A stretch of DNA of 38,505 nt, taken from sequence record PX418924.1. One strand, given 5' to 3'. Position 1 is the stretch's first letter. Each line of letters opens with the position of its first letter. This DNA is from a phage. A model generated the notes under the pieces. The model did no database searches, was not told the DNA's origin, and saw only the letters and a list, made by a program, of their open reading frames with translations. Made by a program: the position numbers and the translations under genes. Below are positions 18,401 to 27,374 of the stretch, piece after piece.

Positions 18401-19433
18401 CTAGCGGCACGTAACTCAGCGGGTCTACACCAGCACCGACGATACCAGCAGTAAGTTTGGCACCAACACCAGCATCGGCAGACCGCGCGTCCATCTCGTA
18501 GTTGTCATTCGCCATCTTAATGAGGGCGTCCAGATTCTCAGGAGAGCCTCCAGTGACTACGTTGATGTACGCGGGGTTCTTCACTTCCTTACGGATACGC
18601 TCTAACTCTTCTGGAGTCCACGTATGGCTGTTCCAGCGAGTCGGCGTAATGGTGTCCTTGAATAAATCAAAACCGTCATCACTACGAGCGGCACGAAAAG
18701 CCACACCCAATACGGAGTTGTGAAGTTCTGCACTTGTGGCATCTCCGATTCCGAAGAAGGTTGAACGAGAATTAAACTCGTCCAGCGTTGTTCCAGTCTT
18801 TTCCCAAAAGTCCTTAGCATAAGGCACGTTAGGTGCTTTCTGCTCTTTACCCTCCACTTTGAATCCAGTTGACTCCGGCAGGTCAGTGCCTACCGTCTGC
18901 TTCTTCCCGATTCCAGCAAATGCATCCCCCGATGGAATGCCCTTAGCCTTTGGGGTGATACCGCCGAACGCCTCCAAGTCACCCTTGCGAGGACTGTTAG
19001 CTACGTCCATCAGGTTACGCATATAGTTACGACCTTCCTCAGAGATTGAAGCCCAATCGCCTTTGTCATAAGCCTGTATCTGTGGAGCACCGTTGCGCCC
19101 CTCGCCCTGATTATACGCCAAGGCAGCTTTGAGTTCATCCCCATCGTACTTCCGAATGAGGTCACTCAGGTGACGAGCGGCTGCATCCACAGCCAACTCA
19201 GGGTTGTAGCGGTCATCGTCATCACCGTCAGTAACCTTTAGGCCAAGCGCAGTGGCTGTACCTTTGGTGAACTGCATGAGACCCTTCGGGCCAGTTGGGG
19301 ATTTGGCCTTTGGATTAAAGCTGGATTCGTTGAATGCTAATTTACGAAGCAGGTCATAGGAGACCCCATGATTGTCTGCCGCTTTTTGAAATAACCCATC
19401 GAACTCGCTAGGTTTGTTCTTATCGTAGCTCAT
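15471..19433 (-). CDS. 16: Internal virion protein gp16 (1320 aa) with N-terminal lytic transglycosylase-like domain
   Basis: Size and position; N-terminal ...FNESSFNPKAKSPTGPKGLMQFTKGTA... transglycosylase signature. Confidence 0.93.
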   Translation of the reverse strand: MSYDKNKPSEFDGLFQKAADNHGVSYDLLRKLAFNESSFNPKAKSPTGPKGLMQFTKGTATALGLKVTDGDDDDRYNPELAVDAAARHLSDLIRKYDGDELKAALAYNQGEGRNGAPQIQAYDKGDWASISEEGRNYMRNLMDVANSPRKGDLEAFGGITPKAKGIPSGDAFAGIGKKQTVGTDLPESTGFKVEGKEQKAPNVPYAKDFWEKTGTTLDEFNSRSTFFGIGDATSAELHNSVLGVAFRAARSDDGFDLFKDTITPTRWNSHTWTPEELERIRKEVKNPAYINVVTGGSPENLDALIKMANDNYEMDARSADAGVGAKLTAGIVGAGVDPLSYVPLVGVAGKGLKVVNKAFIVGTQSAGLAVASEGIRTSIAGGEAHYADAALGGLMFGAGMSAISDAIAAGIRRSRGTEVVNDFAPMAHRLEARETALNSGGEDLTRMPSENRVFDREHAGVEYSPLETEPGAVVLPQGQILSDTNPLNPQTLSEFEAVNPERAARGISLSGFTEIGLKTLRSENPTVRSIASDLVRSPTGMESGSNGKFGATASDIKERLHANNQRTYNQLYDAVRTAMKDPEFSTGGATMSRKEIRQEIYKRAALAIERPELQANLTKGERNVMNILKQHFDLKREIMENPSIFGNTKAVSIFPGSRHKGTYVPNVYDRAIKIEMVKRYGNDGLQRAIAESWLTSYRARPEVKARVDEYLMELNGLKSVQEVTPEMVQKHAMDKAYGISHTDQFSASSVIEDNIEGLVGIENNNFLEARNMFDSDMAVTLPDGNTFSVNDLRTYDMAEILPAYDRRVDGDVAIMGGSGKTTKDLKDEIMALDKQSEGNGTLKGEVEALKDTVKILTGRARRNPEGAWGTALRSVNDLTFFAKNAYMGAQNITEIAGMLAKGNVSAITHGIPMINDWVNRGKPLRASEIKEIHGMVFGKELDQLIRPGREDHVRRLRESTDTSAAVANVVGTIRFGTQELAARSPWTMLLNGTSNYILDAARQGVLGDVAGAALAGKASKFGKANYLKSASISPEQWNGIKQLFRDYATRGEDGKFTIRDKQAFANDPRSMDLWRLADKVADETILRPHKVSSQDAKAYGAGVKMVMQFKNFVIKSLNSRFVRSFYEATKNNRALDQALTHIISLGLAGGYYVGQAHLKAASLQEHKRKEYLKNALDPKMIAHASISRSSHLGSPLSIYDMFAGMVGSDTYKYTRSTVLPKESEKRDPNKAVTGRQVASTIAGAIGEQVPGLGFVGSVGATAINAASLLSSPNKATALEFRTGLFNTSRELIPNDPLSQQLIMKIYEANGIRIKETPKKQ

Positions 19434-19451
19434 GGAGCCTCCTTATCACTG

Positions 19452-21695
19452 TTAGTCTTCTTTACGTCCATAGATGTACTTCGGAGTCTTCTTCCGTTTC
19501 TCTTGGACACGTTTACGAGCTTCTTCACGCGCCTGTGTTGCACGGCTTATTGGGGCACGCTTGTTGGCCTCTTTGAGAGCTTTCTCCCGTGCTGCCTCAG
19601 CTTGCATCTGAGCGGTACGCTGGTACTCACGCTGGAGCAACTCTTGGTCATACCGAATGCGAACCTGTCCGGTTGTGTCCATCAGGTAGATTGAATCACC
19701 TTGCTGGTACACCGACAGTTGCTTGTTGGTAATCCAAGGGTTAGCCTCTGTGATTCCCTTAATGGCTTCGTCCAGAATGTTCTTCCCTTGCTCCCACGAC
19801 TTAGGGTCATCCGAAACAGTCAGGATGTTCTTCGGTAGGACGCCGTAGGTATCACCCTCAACATCGCTACTGGAGAACGTGGTCGTCGAATCAGAGAGGA
19901 ACTTTGCGACCTGTTCAGTTGCCATGTCAGGGTTCCCTGTCCGGTACTTCACGGAATCATAAATCTTCCGGGCATACCCTTGGACACTCGAAGGCATGTA
20001 CTTGATTTGAGGATTCGTTGAATCGTTCATCATAGCAGCCCACGCTCGGTCATCCTCAAACTGCATCTCCTTGGTCTTCTGTGCGCGGGCCTTATCAGCG
20101 TCGATAAGAACCTGCGTGTCGATACCTTGGTTATCCAACATGTCCATCGTCAGGAACAACTCGGCCTTGTCAGGATACAGAGAGGCAATCAGGTCAGGGT
20201 CAGTGTTGCGGATGCGACGAAGGTTGTCCAGCGCTGGTGTGCTCTCAGGCATCTTGCCGTTAATCACCGCAGCCTGCCATTCGTTTCCAGCATCAGTAAT
20301 CATCTCACCAAACGCTGCACGGAAAGCACCCTCCTTGGAGTCTGCCCGCAGGTAGTCCAATTTCAGTTTGTCTTTCTGTTCTGGCGTTAAGTCCATCGCT
20401 TCGATTTCCGCTAACTTCTGGTTCGCGTAGTTTACCATATCGCTATGTGTAAACTCACCAGTGTTCTCGTTGGTCGGCATGTCCTTATAGTTGGTCGAGA
20501 CGTATTCACCGTTGAGGCGCTTCTGGAACTGCTTGTCGATGACCAGAGATTTATTCAGGGTCTTCTGTTGCTTGTCCATCAGCTTGGCTGTCTCAGCCTG
20601 TTCCTGCTTGAAGCGGGTGCGCATCTGTTCCTGTGCGGAAATAAGCCACTCACGCTCAGGAGTCATCTCTTCACCCGGCTGAATCTTATCGAGTTCTGCC
20701 TTGATACCTTGAAGAGTCTCCCAACCTTTACCAGTGTCCGCTTGGTTAAGCGCTGAGTTAATATCCAGTCGGAACTTCTCGGTTAACTTCGCGTTGTTCT
20801 GGAATTGAGTGTGCTGTGCCTTAATCATCATTGCCTGCCACTGCTCATCACCCATCAGTTCACGATAGGTAGTCGTAGCGCCATTTAGAGTTACCTTGCG
20901 GTTCTCAATGTTCTGCAAGAAGGCGGCACCACCCGGACGCTGTAGCACATCATTCAGGGACGAAGAGATAACCTGTTGAGCCTGATTGTCAGTCATCCCC
21001 GTCACCAAGGAGTTGTCGATGTAGTTCTGGAAGAACTCACCGGACTCAGGACGAGACAGTAGGTCAGGGTCGGACAGGACACCATTGAGTTCAACCTTCG
21101 AGTTCAGGATTGCACCCTTCTGCGCTTGGTCACTCAGGAAGGTATCATGTGCCCCATACAAAGCAATATTACGCTCGGTGATGTTCGCATTGAAACCCTT
21201 CTGGTACTCCTCGTCCATCTCGTTGATACCGAATTGCTCAGCGAACGACTTCGAGTGCTCCTGTAGGCGTGAGTGACGATACTGCTCCATCTCTTCACGA
21301 GTACGGAAGCGACCCTCTTTGATGGCCTGTTGAACCTCATCGTCAACGAGGAACGCAGCGTTACGCCCGGTCTTGAACTTCAAGGCTTGCATTGCGTATG
21401 GGTCATCCTGATACAGCAGTGTGCCATTCTGGATAGCCTGTCGGCGCTGCTCAGGGGTCAGCTTACGGATAATCTCGTTGGAGCGCTCATCGGCTCGTTG
21501 CTTATCACGTTCCTCTTTCGCCATGTACATATCGGCACCAGCCTTAGCGAATCGACCTAGGGAGTCCAGAAGACTCGCTCTTGGTTGTTCAGCCTGAATG
21601 GTTGCTGCCCGGTAGTCCATACCTTTGACGCCCCGGAGTCGTTCCATACCGGGAGTCGCCATGTTGCCTAAAACACTATTTAGTTTACTAGCCAT
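19452..21695 (-). CDS. 15: Internal virion protein gp15 (747 aa)
   Basis: 747 aa and synteny with T7 gp15. Confidence 0.9.
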   Translation of the reverse strand: MASKLNSVLGNMATPGMERLRGVKGMDYRAATIQAEQPRASLLDSLGRFAKAGADMYMAKEERDKQRADERSNEIIRKLTPEQRRQAIQNGTLLYQDDPYAMQALKFKTGRNAAFLVDDEVQQAIKEGRFRTREEMEQYRHSRLQEHSKSFAEQFGINEMDEEYQKGFNANITERNIALYGAHDTFLSDQAQKGAILNSKVELNGVLSDPDLLSRPESGEFFQNYIDNSLVTGMTDNQAQQVISSSLNDVLQRPGGAAFLQNIENRKVTLNGATTTYRELMGDEQWQAMMIKAQHTQFQNNAKLTEKFRLDINSALNQADTGKGWETLQGIKAELDKIQPGEEMTPEREWLISAQEQMRTRFKQEQAETAKLMDKQQKTLNKSLVIDKQFQKRLNGEYVSTNYKDMPTNENTGEFTHSDMVNYANQKLAEIEAMDLTPEQKDKLKLDYLRADSKEGAFRAAFGEMITDAGNEWQAAVINGKMPESTPALDNLRRIRNTDPDLIASLYPDKAELFLTMDMLDNQGIDTQVLIDADKARAQKTKEMQFEDDRAWAAMMNDSTNPQIKYMPSSVQGYARKIYDSVKYRTGNPDMATEQVAKFLSDSTTTFSSSDVEGDTYGVLPKNILTVSDDPKSWEQGKNILDEAIKGITEANPWITNKQLSVYQQGDSIYLMDTTGQVRIRYDQELLQREYQRTAQMQAEAAREKALKEANKRAPISRATQAREEARKRVQEKRKKTPKYIYGRKED

Positions 21696-21697
21696 TA

Positions 21698-22291
21698 TTA
21701 CCTCCCGGTCTTGGTTCCTTTGGCGGCACTGATAGGTGCTGCTTGGTTTCCACCTTTCTTGTCAAATCCACCAGCCGCATATTGACTTGCAGCTTCCTGA
21801 CCCATAATGGACAGAGGGTCTAGTACACGCATCAGACCAGACTTACCCTTGGCCTCGCTCTTGTACATTGCATCGACTTGACTTGCTGTTGACTGAGTGC
21901 GTCCCAACTGTTGCGCAAAGATACTCGCGTAGTCTCGACGGTAGTTCTCGGTGACGCTATTTGCCTCCCGAATGTAGTTGCCCTCTTCGATACGCTTGAT
22001 GCGCTTCATGGATTCGCCTTCTAGCATACTCTCGCCGATAGCTGCGCGGATTGTTCCCATAGCCTGTACCTTCTGCATGTTACGTGTAGTCAACTCAGAG
22101 GATGCAGCTTCAAGGGCGTCACGTTGTTCCAGCGAGGCGTTGGCATTCTGGATATTCATCTCTTTGACCATCTCCATTGCCTGTCTGCGTCCAGCTTCGG
22201 TCTGTGCCACTCGCGCCTTGTCGGCACTGTTCTGGCTACTCAGAGCTTGGGCACCCATCATGGCAATAGGAATCGCTGCCATCCAGCACAT
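21698..22291 (-). CDS. 14: Internal virion protein gp14 (197 aa)
   Basis: Size and synteny. Confidence 0.85.
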   Translation of the reverse strand: MCWMAAIPIAMMGAQALSSQNSADKARVAQTEAGRRQAMEMVKEMNIQNANASLEQRDALEAASSELTTRNMQKVQAMGTIRAAIGESMLEGESMKRIKRIEEGNYIREANSVTENYRRDYASIFAQQLGRTQSTASQVDAMYKSEAKGKSGLMRVLDPLSIMGQEAASQYAAGGFDKKGGNQAAPISAAKGTKTGR

Positions 22292-22293
22292 AG

Positions 22294-22704
22294 TTACCTC
22301 CTACTGATAGTGAATAATTGGAATTGACCATCAGCGGTAAACTCATTATGGAATACCGCGCCTATGGTCTTTAGGAAACGAATGTGTGACTTATTGCCTA
22401 CCCAAACGAAATTCCAAATGGACTCGTACTGGCTCAGCATCATATCACGATATTCAATGATAAGTCTACGAAACTCTAAGCGCTCCCTCAAGGTAAATAG
22501 TGGAACGTACTTAGAGGTAAGGAACCACACTCGGTCTCCCTGATTGCCACCGATTGCCAACACAGCGCCATCACTGAGCATTGCCACAGTGTTCTCATCA
22601 GGAATTACTTTAGGTTCGACACCCAATGCCTCAGCTTCCAGAATGTCCTCTATGGACGGCTGAAAGTTGTCAGCGTGGTTTTGTAAACACTTTGTAATGT
22701 ACAT
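22294..22704 (-). CDS. 13: Internal virion / assembly protein gp13 (136 aa)
   Basis: Size and synteny; phi13 directly upstream. Confidence 0.8.
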   Translation of the reverse strand: MYITKCLQNHADNFQPSIEDILEAEALGVEPKVIPDENTVAMLSDGAVLAIGGNQGDRVWFLTSKYVPLFTLRERLEFRRLIIEYRDMMLSQYESIWNFVWVGNKSHIRFLKTIGAVFHNEFTADGQFQLFTISRR

Positions 22705-22736
22705 AATGCTTTAACCCCTCGTATCTATTAGTGTCT

Positions 22737-22756
22737 CCCTTTAGTGAGGGTTAATT
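22737..22756 (-). promoter_or_regulatory. T3-type phage RNAP promoter (phi13)
   Basis: ccctttagtgagggttaatt. Confidence 0.85.
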
Positions 22757-22776
22757 CACCGCAGGGAGACTTTAAG

Positions 22777-25182
22777 TTAAATGCCAGAAGAACGACGAAG
22801 GTAGTTCCCCTCCCAGCCACACCCAATGATGTTCAGTGGAGTTGATGCATCTGACTCGATAGTTACTATGTTCGCCTGCGCATTACCAACCACCGGGAAG
22901 CGGTACTGCCCTGTTCCAATGTTCGACCTGCCAACACGCAGATTGTCAGAACCCAAACGAGCGCCAGCCATCGTGTAGATGAACTCACGGGACAGGTTGT
23001 TAACACGGATGGTGAACGCTCCAGAGTCCTCATAGTTTACCCATGCACGCCGAAGCTGTAAGCGACCAATATCCTCGGTAGCCGTCGAGCCGTCCTCAGC
23101 AGTCTTCTTAATGAGGAACTTCGAGAACGTATACGTGAACGGGATGTTGAACCCAATGTAGACTACTTGTCCCTCTTGGTTCCCATCGAGTCTCAATATT
23201 GGGTCGCTACTCCACCCGTTGACTGGCGGGTCTATCTCTACAATCTTCCCATCAGGAAAGACCACCGAAACCATACCCTTAGTGAAGTTCATCCCGTAAA
23301 TCGCTGAGAGGCTTATTGACGTCTGGTAGGTATCATCATTGTACGTCCCAGCAGGGATGGTGTATTCCCTCTTGGCGTCGATGTATAATCTGTAAGGCTC
23401 TCCCGGAATGTCTATGGAGTTCTTCGTGAAGTGTAAGCGTCCCATCCACACAGCATGTTCATTGCCCATCAATACAGTCATTGTTGAGTTTATCACATGT
23501 GCTGCAAACACCGTAACGTTGTCCCCAAAGTCCCAATGAGACCACGACTGCTGCCTGATTTCCTCCTCAATATATAGGAACTTATAGATATACACTCGGT
23601 TCGGCGCACCGCTCGTAAGGATAGCCACGAAGTTCTCAGCGGTTGTACCCGATATACTGAATACCCCATTCGGTATGTAGTTCGGAACGTGAGCCGTCAT
23701 ATCCTCTGCGTTCTTCACAGAGCTTACATCCTGTACCGCATAATATCGGTTAATGGATGTGAAGGAAGAGCGAGGTGACGCAAAGTATACATTACGCCCA
23801 ACACCGTGTGGTCGTGCCCTGTCTTGCACATCAAACTGAGTCGTAAGGTTCAACTCTACGGAGCGACTCGAAAGGATACCAGAAGCTGTCAGAACGAACT
23901 GCGCTTGGTCAGACCATAGGAGTAACTCTTCGGAGAACGGAACGGCATACTTCAAGGTTGACACCCGGTTGTGGCTAACCGCAACGTCGATTGGGTCATC
24001 GTCGGAGTAGTTTGACACGGATGCCGGGAAGAAGTTGAAGTATTTCGAGGTGCGAGACAAGATGATGTTCTCCCCACTAAGGAAGCCCAAACGGTTACGG
24101 AAGAAGAAAATATCGTTGATTGTCTGTCCGGTAAACGATGGGTATGGGTTGGTTGTATCATCGCCCACAGTACGAGCACCCCACTCAAGGTACTTGAAGT
24201 CAAAGTTCCCGTCAGAAGCACGTACCAGCGCCCAAGGCATCGTGTGGTAGTGCAGGTGAGTCCTCGTGTTCCAGCCGATTGTTTCTACCCATACCTTACG
24301 GTTGAGGTCGAACCTAACGTAATACTGGTCGGCAGTCTTTGAGGTGTCGCCTACAATCTTCACAATGTACCCATCTGGAGCGTTAATAGGCAACTTCTGG
24401 AACGACTGAGTGTAGTGGGTTACAGGGTTGATTAGCTGGTCTGCGTAACCATCCTTAGTCTGTAGTCCCCAAACGTTATCGTTATTTGGCGCAAGGATAT
24501 GGATGAATCCGGGGCCAACGTTGAAGCGCCACTTATTCGGGTCTTGCTCGTTGTTTGGATTCCCAAGGTTGTTCCTCAACTGAGCCGCCAGCTTCTCAGC
24601 GATGGCCTGACCGTCAACCTCATTGACGTGTGCTGGTTGTGAGCCGTCTGGTAGTTGAATAGCAGCACGCTCAGCCCCGTTGAACTCGATTGAGAGTCTA
24701 CGCCCATATTGCCCACCACGAACATTAATCAGCGCATCGCCTTGGTCTTTAAAGCCCGGAAGGTTGACCGATTGGTCGTTACTCTGCACAACCACCTTGC
24801 GGTTAGTCACAAAGGTATAGTCTGCCACAGTTACCATCCGAAGGTCTTCCCGTGGGTTAGCTGTGCGCACATAAGAGCGGTCTCCTCGTACTAGATACTC
24901 CTTACCATCGAGGTCGAACACCTTAATGTCTTCACCAGTGAACACGACGAAATACTGCTCGAACTCATCACGGTTGATAAGATGCACGTAAGGTTGCGCA
25001 CCCACATACCCAGCAGCGCCAAGGGTCTTAAGGTGGATCATCGGTGGGCGCTTCTGGAGACCCTCGGACTCAGAAGACCAACCGTTAATCTGCACGCTAC
25101 CTTGTTCAGCGAACCGGAGAATATCTGGCTGTTGGCTGATACCACCCTTGAGGTTTTTGATTGATTGGCTAATGAGAGCCAT
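22777..25182 (-). CDS. 12: Tail tubular protein B gp12 (801 aa)
   Basis: Size and synteny. Confidence 0.93.
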   Translation of the reverse strand: MALISQSIKNLKGGISQQPDILRFAEQGSVQINGWSSESEGLQKRPPMIHLKTLGAAGYVGAQPYVHLINRDEFEQYFVVFTGEDIKVFDLDGKEYLVRGDRSYVRTANPREDLRMVTVADYTFVTNRKVVVQSNDQSVNLPGFKDQGDALINVRGGQYGRRLSIEFNGAERAAIQLPDGSQPAHVNEVDGQAIAEKLAAQLRNNLGNPNNEQDPNKWRFNVGPGFIHILAPNNDNVWGLQTKDGYADQLINPVTHYTQSFQKLPINAPDGYIVKIVGDTSKTADQYYVRFDLNRKVWVETIGWNTRTHLHYHTMPWALVRASDGNFDFKYLEWGARTVGDDTTNPYPSFTGQTINDIFFFRNRLGFLSGENIILSRTSKYFNFFPASVSNYSDDDPIDVAVSHNRVSTLKYAVPFSEELLLWSDQAQFVLTASGILSSRSVELNLTTQFDVQDRARPHGVGRNVYFASPRSSFTSINRYYAVQDVSSVKNAEDMTAHVPNYIPNGVFSISGTTAENFVAILTSGAPNRVYIYKFLYIEEEIRQQSWSHWDFGDNVTVFAAHVINSTMTVLMGNEHAVWMGRLHFTKNSIDIPGEPYRLYIDAKREYTIPAGTYNDDTYQTSISLSAIYGMNFTKGMVSVVFPDGKIVEIDPPVNGWSSDPILRLDGNQEGQVVYIGFNIPFTYTFSKFLIKKTAEDGSTATEDIGRLQLRRAWVNYEDSGAFTIRVNNLSREFIYTMAGARLGSDNLRVGRSNIGTGQYRFPVVGNAQANIVTIESDASTPLNIIGCGWEGNYLRRSSGI

Positions 25183-25197
25183 AGAGCCTCCTTATGA

Positions 25198-25788
25198 TTA
25201 GCGGTTAAGTAGACCAGAGGTGAATGCGTCACCATCCAGCATGTTGTAGTTACCGTAGTCTAGCTCGTACTCGAAGCACGCACGCCACGCTTCCTGCTCC
25301 TCTTCCTGCAACACTCCGTCTACCTCCGGCGCACCGAAGAAGCGGTTATTGAACTGACGGGAAGCCTTGGTAACGATGTAGTTTCGGAAGCACTCTGGCA
25401 TCTCGTCGAACTCTCTCAGACGAATCAGGTTGACCTGAACACCAGAAGGGAATCTGTCGGTCTTCGCAGAGCGGTCATAGAGATAGCCACCACGGTTGAT
25501 ATATTGGGTCTGACCGCTGGTTGCCATTACGGACAGGTAGTCAGAGCTAAATGGAATCATGCCAGAGAACGCATCCGGCAGAAGAGTCACACCTTCCTCA
25601 ATATTGAATGTCCATCCTCGTGATTGAATCTGTCGGTTAATCTTATTGAGTACACGTCGAGCATTCGCAACGTCAGCATTAGCATCACCCTCAAGGGTTG
25701 ATACTGGTGGCTCACCGATGGAAGCCAGAATGTCGTTGACGGCTGATAGCTCTTCTGCGGTCTCAATGTTCATCTCATAAGAGCGCAT
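25198..25788 (-). CDS. 11: Tail tubular protein A gp11 (196 aa)
   Basis: 196 aa as in T7; ATG with GGAGGT upstream. Confidence 0.93.
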   Translation of the reverse strand: MRSYEMNIETAEELSAVNDILASIGEPPVSTLEGDANADVANARRVLNKINRQIQSRGWTFNIEEGVTLLPDAFSGMIPFSSDYLSVMATSGQTQYINRGGYLYDRSAKTDRFPSGVQVNLIRLREFDEMPECFRNYIVTKASRQFNNRFFGAPEVDGVLQEEEQEAWRACFEYELDYGNYNMLDGDAFTSGLLNR

Positions 25789-25798
25789 GATGTTACCT

Positions 25799-25817
25799 CC
25801 TGTTAGTGAGGGTTTAA
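25799..25817 (-). promoter_or_regulatory. Variant T3-type promoter (phi11-like)
   Basis: cctgttagtgagggtttaa between the terminator and gene 11. Confidence 0.6.
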
Positions 25818-25820
25818 AGC

Positions 25821-25860
25821 AAAAAACCCCTCAGATACCCTCAGAGGGCACCCAAGGGGT
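25821..25860 (-). terminator. T-phi-like intrinsic terminator after gene 10
   Basis: Transcript reads CCCCUUGGGUGCCCUCUGAGGGUAUCUGAGGGGUUUUUUG: GC-rich hairpin followed by U6. Confidence 0.75.
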
Positions 25861-25900
25861 TCATAAAGTAATGAAGGAAAGTAAATCCCCGGTAAAGACC

Positions 25901-27216
25901 TTAGCCTTCTACGGGAGGCTCTACTGCTTTCACAGTGACCTTGCAGACAGCCATCAGGCCATTCACAGTAGTCGCAGTGATGTCAGCGGAGCCAGCGCCC
26001 ACAGCAGTTACAGTACCAGAGGCATCGACCGTGGCAATCTTCGCATTGGAAGACGTAAAGGTCACTGTCTGTACCGCATCAGCCGGAGTTACCGTAGAAG
26101 TCAGGGCTTTAGAAGCCCCAACGTCTAAGCTCATAGTCTTCTGACTAAGAGTAACTCCAGTGGGGTCGGGAATTACTCCGACACCTTTGGGAGAACGATA
26201 GCGCCAGCAGCTTCTGGACGCAGACCACCGTGACCCATCGCGTACTTAGCGATAATCTGGTCAGCCTGATAGTTCGCACGACGAGCGCGCTCCAGAGCCA
26301 AGTCTTTCAGCTTGACCGTACCAACCGCAGAGCGGTGCTGGAACAGGCCCACAACGTTATCCAGAGCAACCTTAACGGTAGTGCTGGAAGTCGCCGGGAA
26401 AGCGTGCTTCTGGTCGGCCGGGGAATCCTCACGGGTATCACCAGCGCCACCAGCGGTCAGGTGCGGAACCTCAACCACTTCGAAGCCCATCACGTTACGG
26501 ATAGTACCACGCTCAGGGTCAATCAGTGCCTGATAGTTTGCAGCGTTCGGCATCAGAGCAGCCAGAATCGCGGAGTAGTTATCAGGAGTGGTGTAGAAAG
26601 TACGGTCAGCAGCCGGAACGTAGTTCTTGGTCAGAGCCGCACGAGCAACGGTCAACTGAGCGATAATCGCTTTACCCAGCTCAACCGGGTCAGTCAGGTC
26701 GCCAGAGGTCGGCTTAACCAGAGTCAGTACGGTAGGCTTACCGAGACCCTCGATGTTCTCATTGGAGGCGTCCGGCAGGTTAACCAGACCAGCCAGTTCA
26801 GCCAGTACAGCACCGTCCGCCGCCATCGCAAGAGATTCACCCAACTGTGCGGTGTACTCAGCGCGAACGTCGTAGTGGTTCATCGCGTCCTCAATGTCGT
26901 AAATCAGAACGTCCGCAGTCAGCAGGCCATCAATGTGGATTACCTTCTCGGTGTGTTTGATATCCTTACGTTTGTCATCGAGGTTCTCACCCGGTTTCAG
27001 GTAAGCAGCTTTGGTGCGACCAATCACAGGGAACTGTGCGGACTTACCAGAAGCGATAGAGCGCAGCATGTGACGAGGCATGGTCACGGAGGTGCGAGCG
27101 AAAGCCGTCAGGACTTCACCGCCGAACACTTTCAGGAACAGCGCCAATTTGTCCGCTGCGGACTGACCCTTACCCTGATTAGTACCAATTTGCTGTCCGC
27201 CTTGAATGTTAGCCAT
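25901..27216 (-). CDS. 10B: Minor capsid protein 10B made by programmed -1 frameshift from 10A (about 438 aa)
   Basis: Slippery heptamer CCCAAAG at 26185-26191, 12 nt before the 10A stop; the -1 frame stays open to 25901. Confidence 0.7.
26173..27216 (-). CDS. 10A: Major capsid protein 10A (347 aa)
   Basis: Strong RBS TAAGGAG; size and position; follows phi10. Confidence 0.95.
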   Translation of the reverse strand: MANIQGGQQIGTNQGKGQSAADKLALFLKVFGGEVLTAFARTSVTMPRHMLRSIASGKSAQFPVIGRTKAAYLKPGENLDDKRKDIKHTEKVIHIDGLLTADVLIYDIEDAMNHYDVRAEYTAQLGESLAMAADGAVLAELAGLVNLPDASNENIEGLGKPTVLTLVKPTSGDLTDPVELGKAIIAQLTVARAALTKNYVPAADRTFYTTPDNYSAILAALMPNAANYQALIDPERGTIRNVMGFEVVEVPHLTAGGAGDTREDSPADQKHAFPATSSTTVKVALDNVVGLFQHRSAVGTVKLKDLALERARRANYQADQIIAKYAMGHGGLRPEAAGAIVLPKVSE

Positions 27217-27354
27217 GTTGAATCTCCTTATGTTGATTTAAAGAAAAGTTTGGTTACTACTTGAATCGAGTTGGTTCTCAATGTTTCACCTACGGGAGTG
27301 ACCACAAAGTTCTGTGCTCAGGTGATTCAACCATTGTAGTCATCTATGGTCTCT

Positions 27355-27374
27355 CCCTTTAGTGAGGGTTAATT
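27355..27374 (-). promoter_or_regulatory. T3-type phage RNAP promoter (phi10)
   Basis: ccctttagtgagggttaatt. Confidence 0.85.

Noticed and set aside
22705-22776. Expected RNase III site (R13) before gene 13
   Set aside because: The conserved aaaggccac...gaccttgag module is absent here; only the promoter is present.
26230-27264. 344-aa plus-strand ORF
   Set aside because: Exactly antisense to the major capsid gene; an open antisense frame is expected by chance and has no promoter or RBS.
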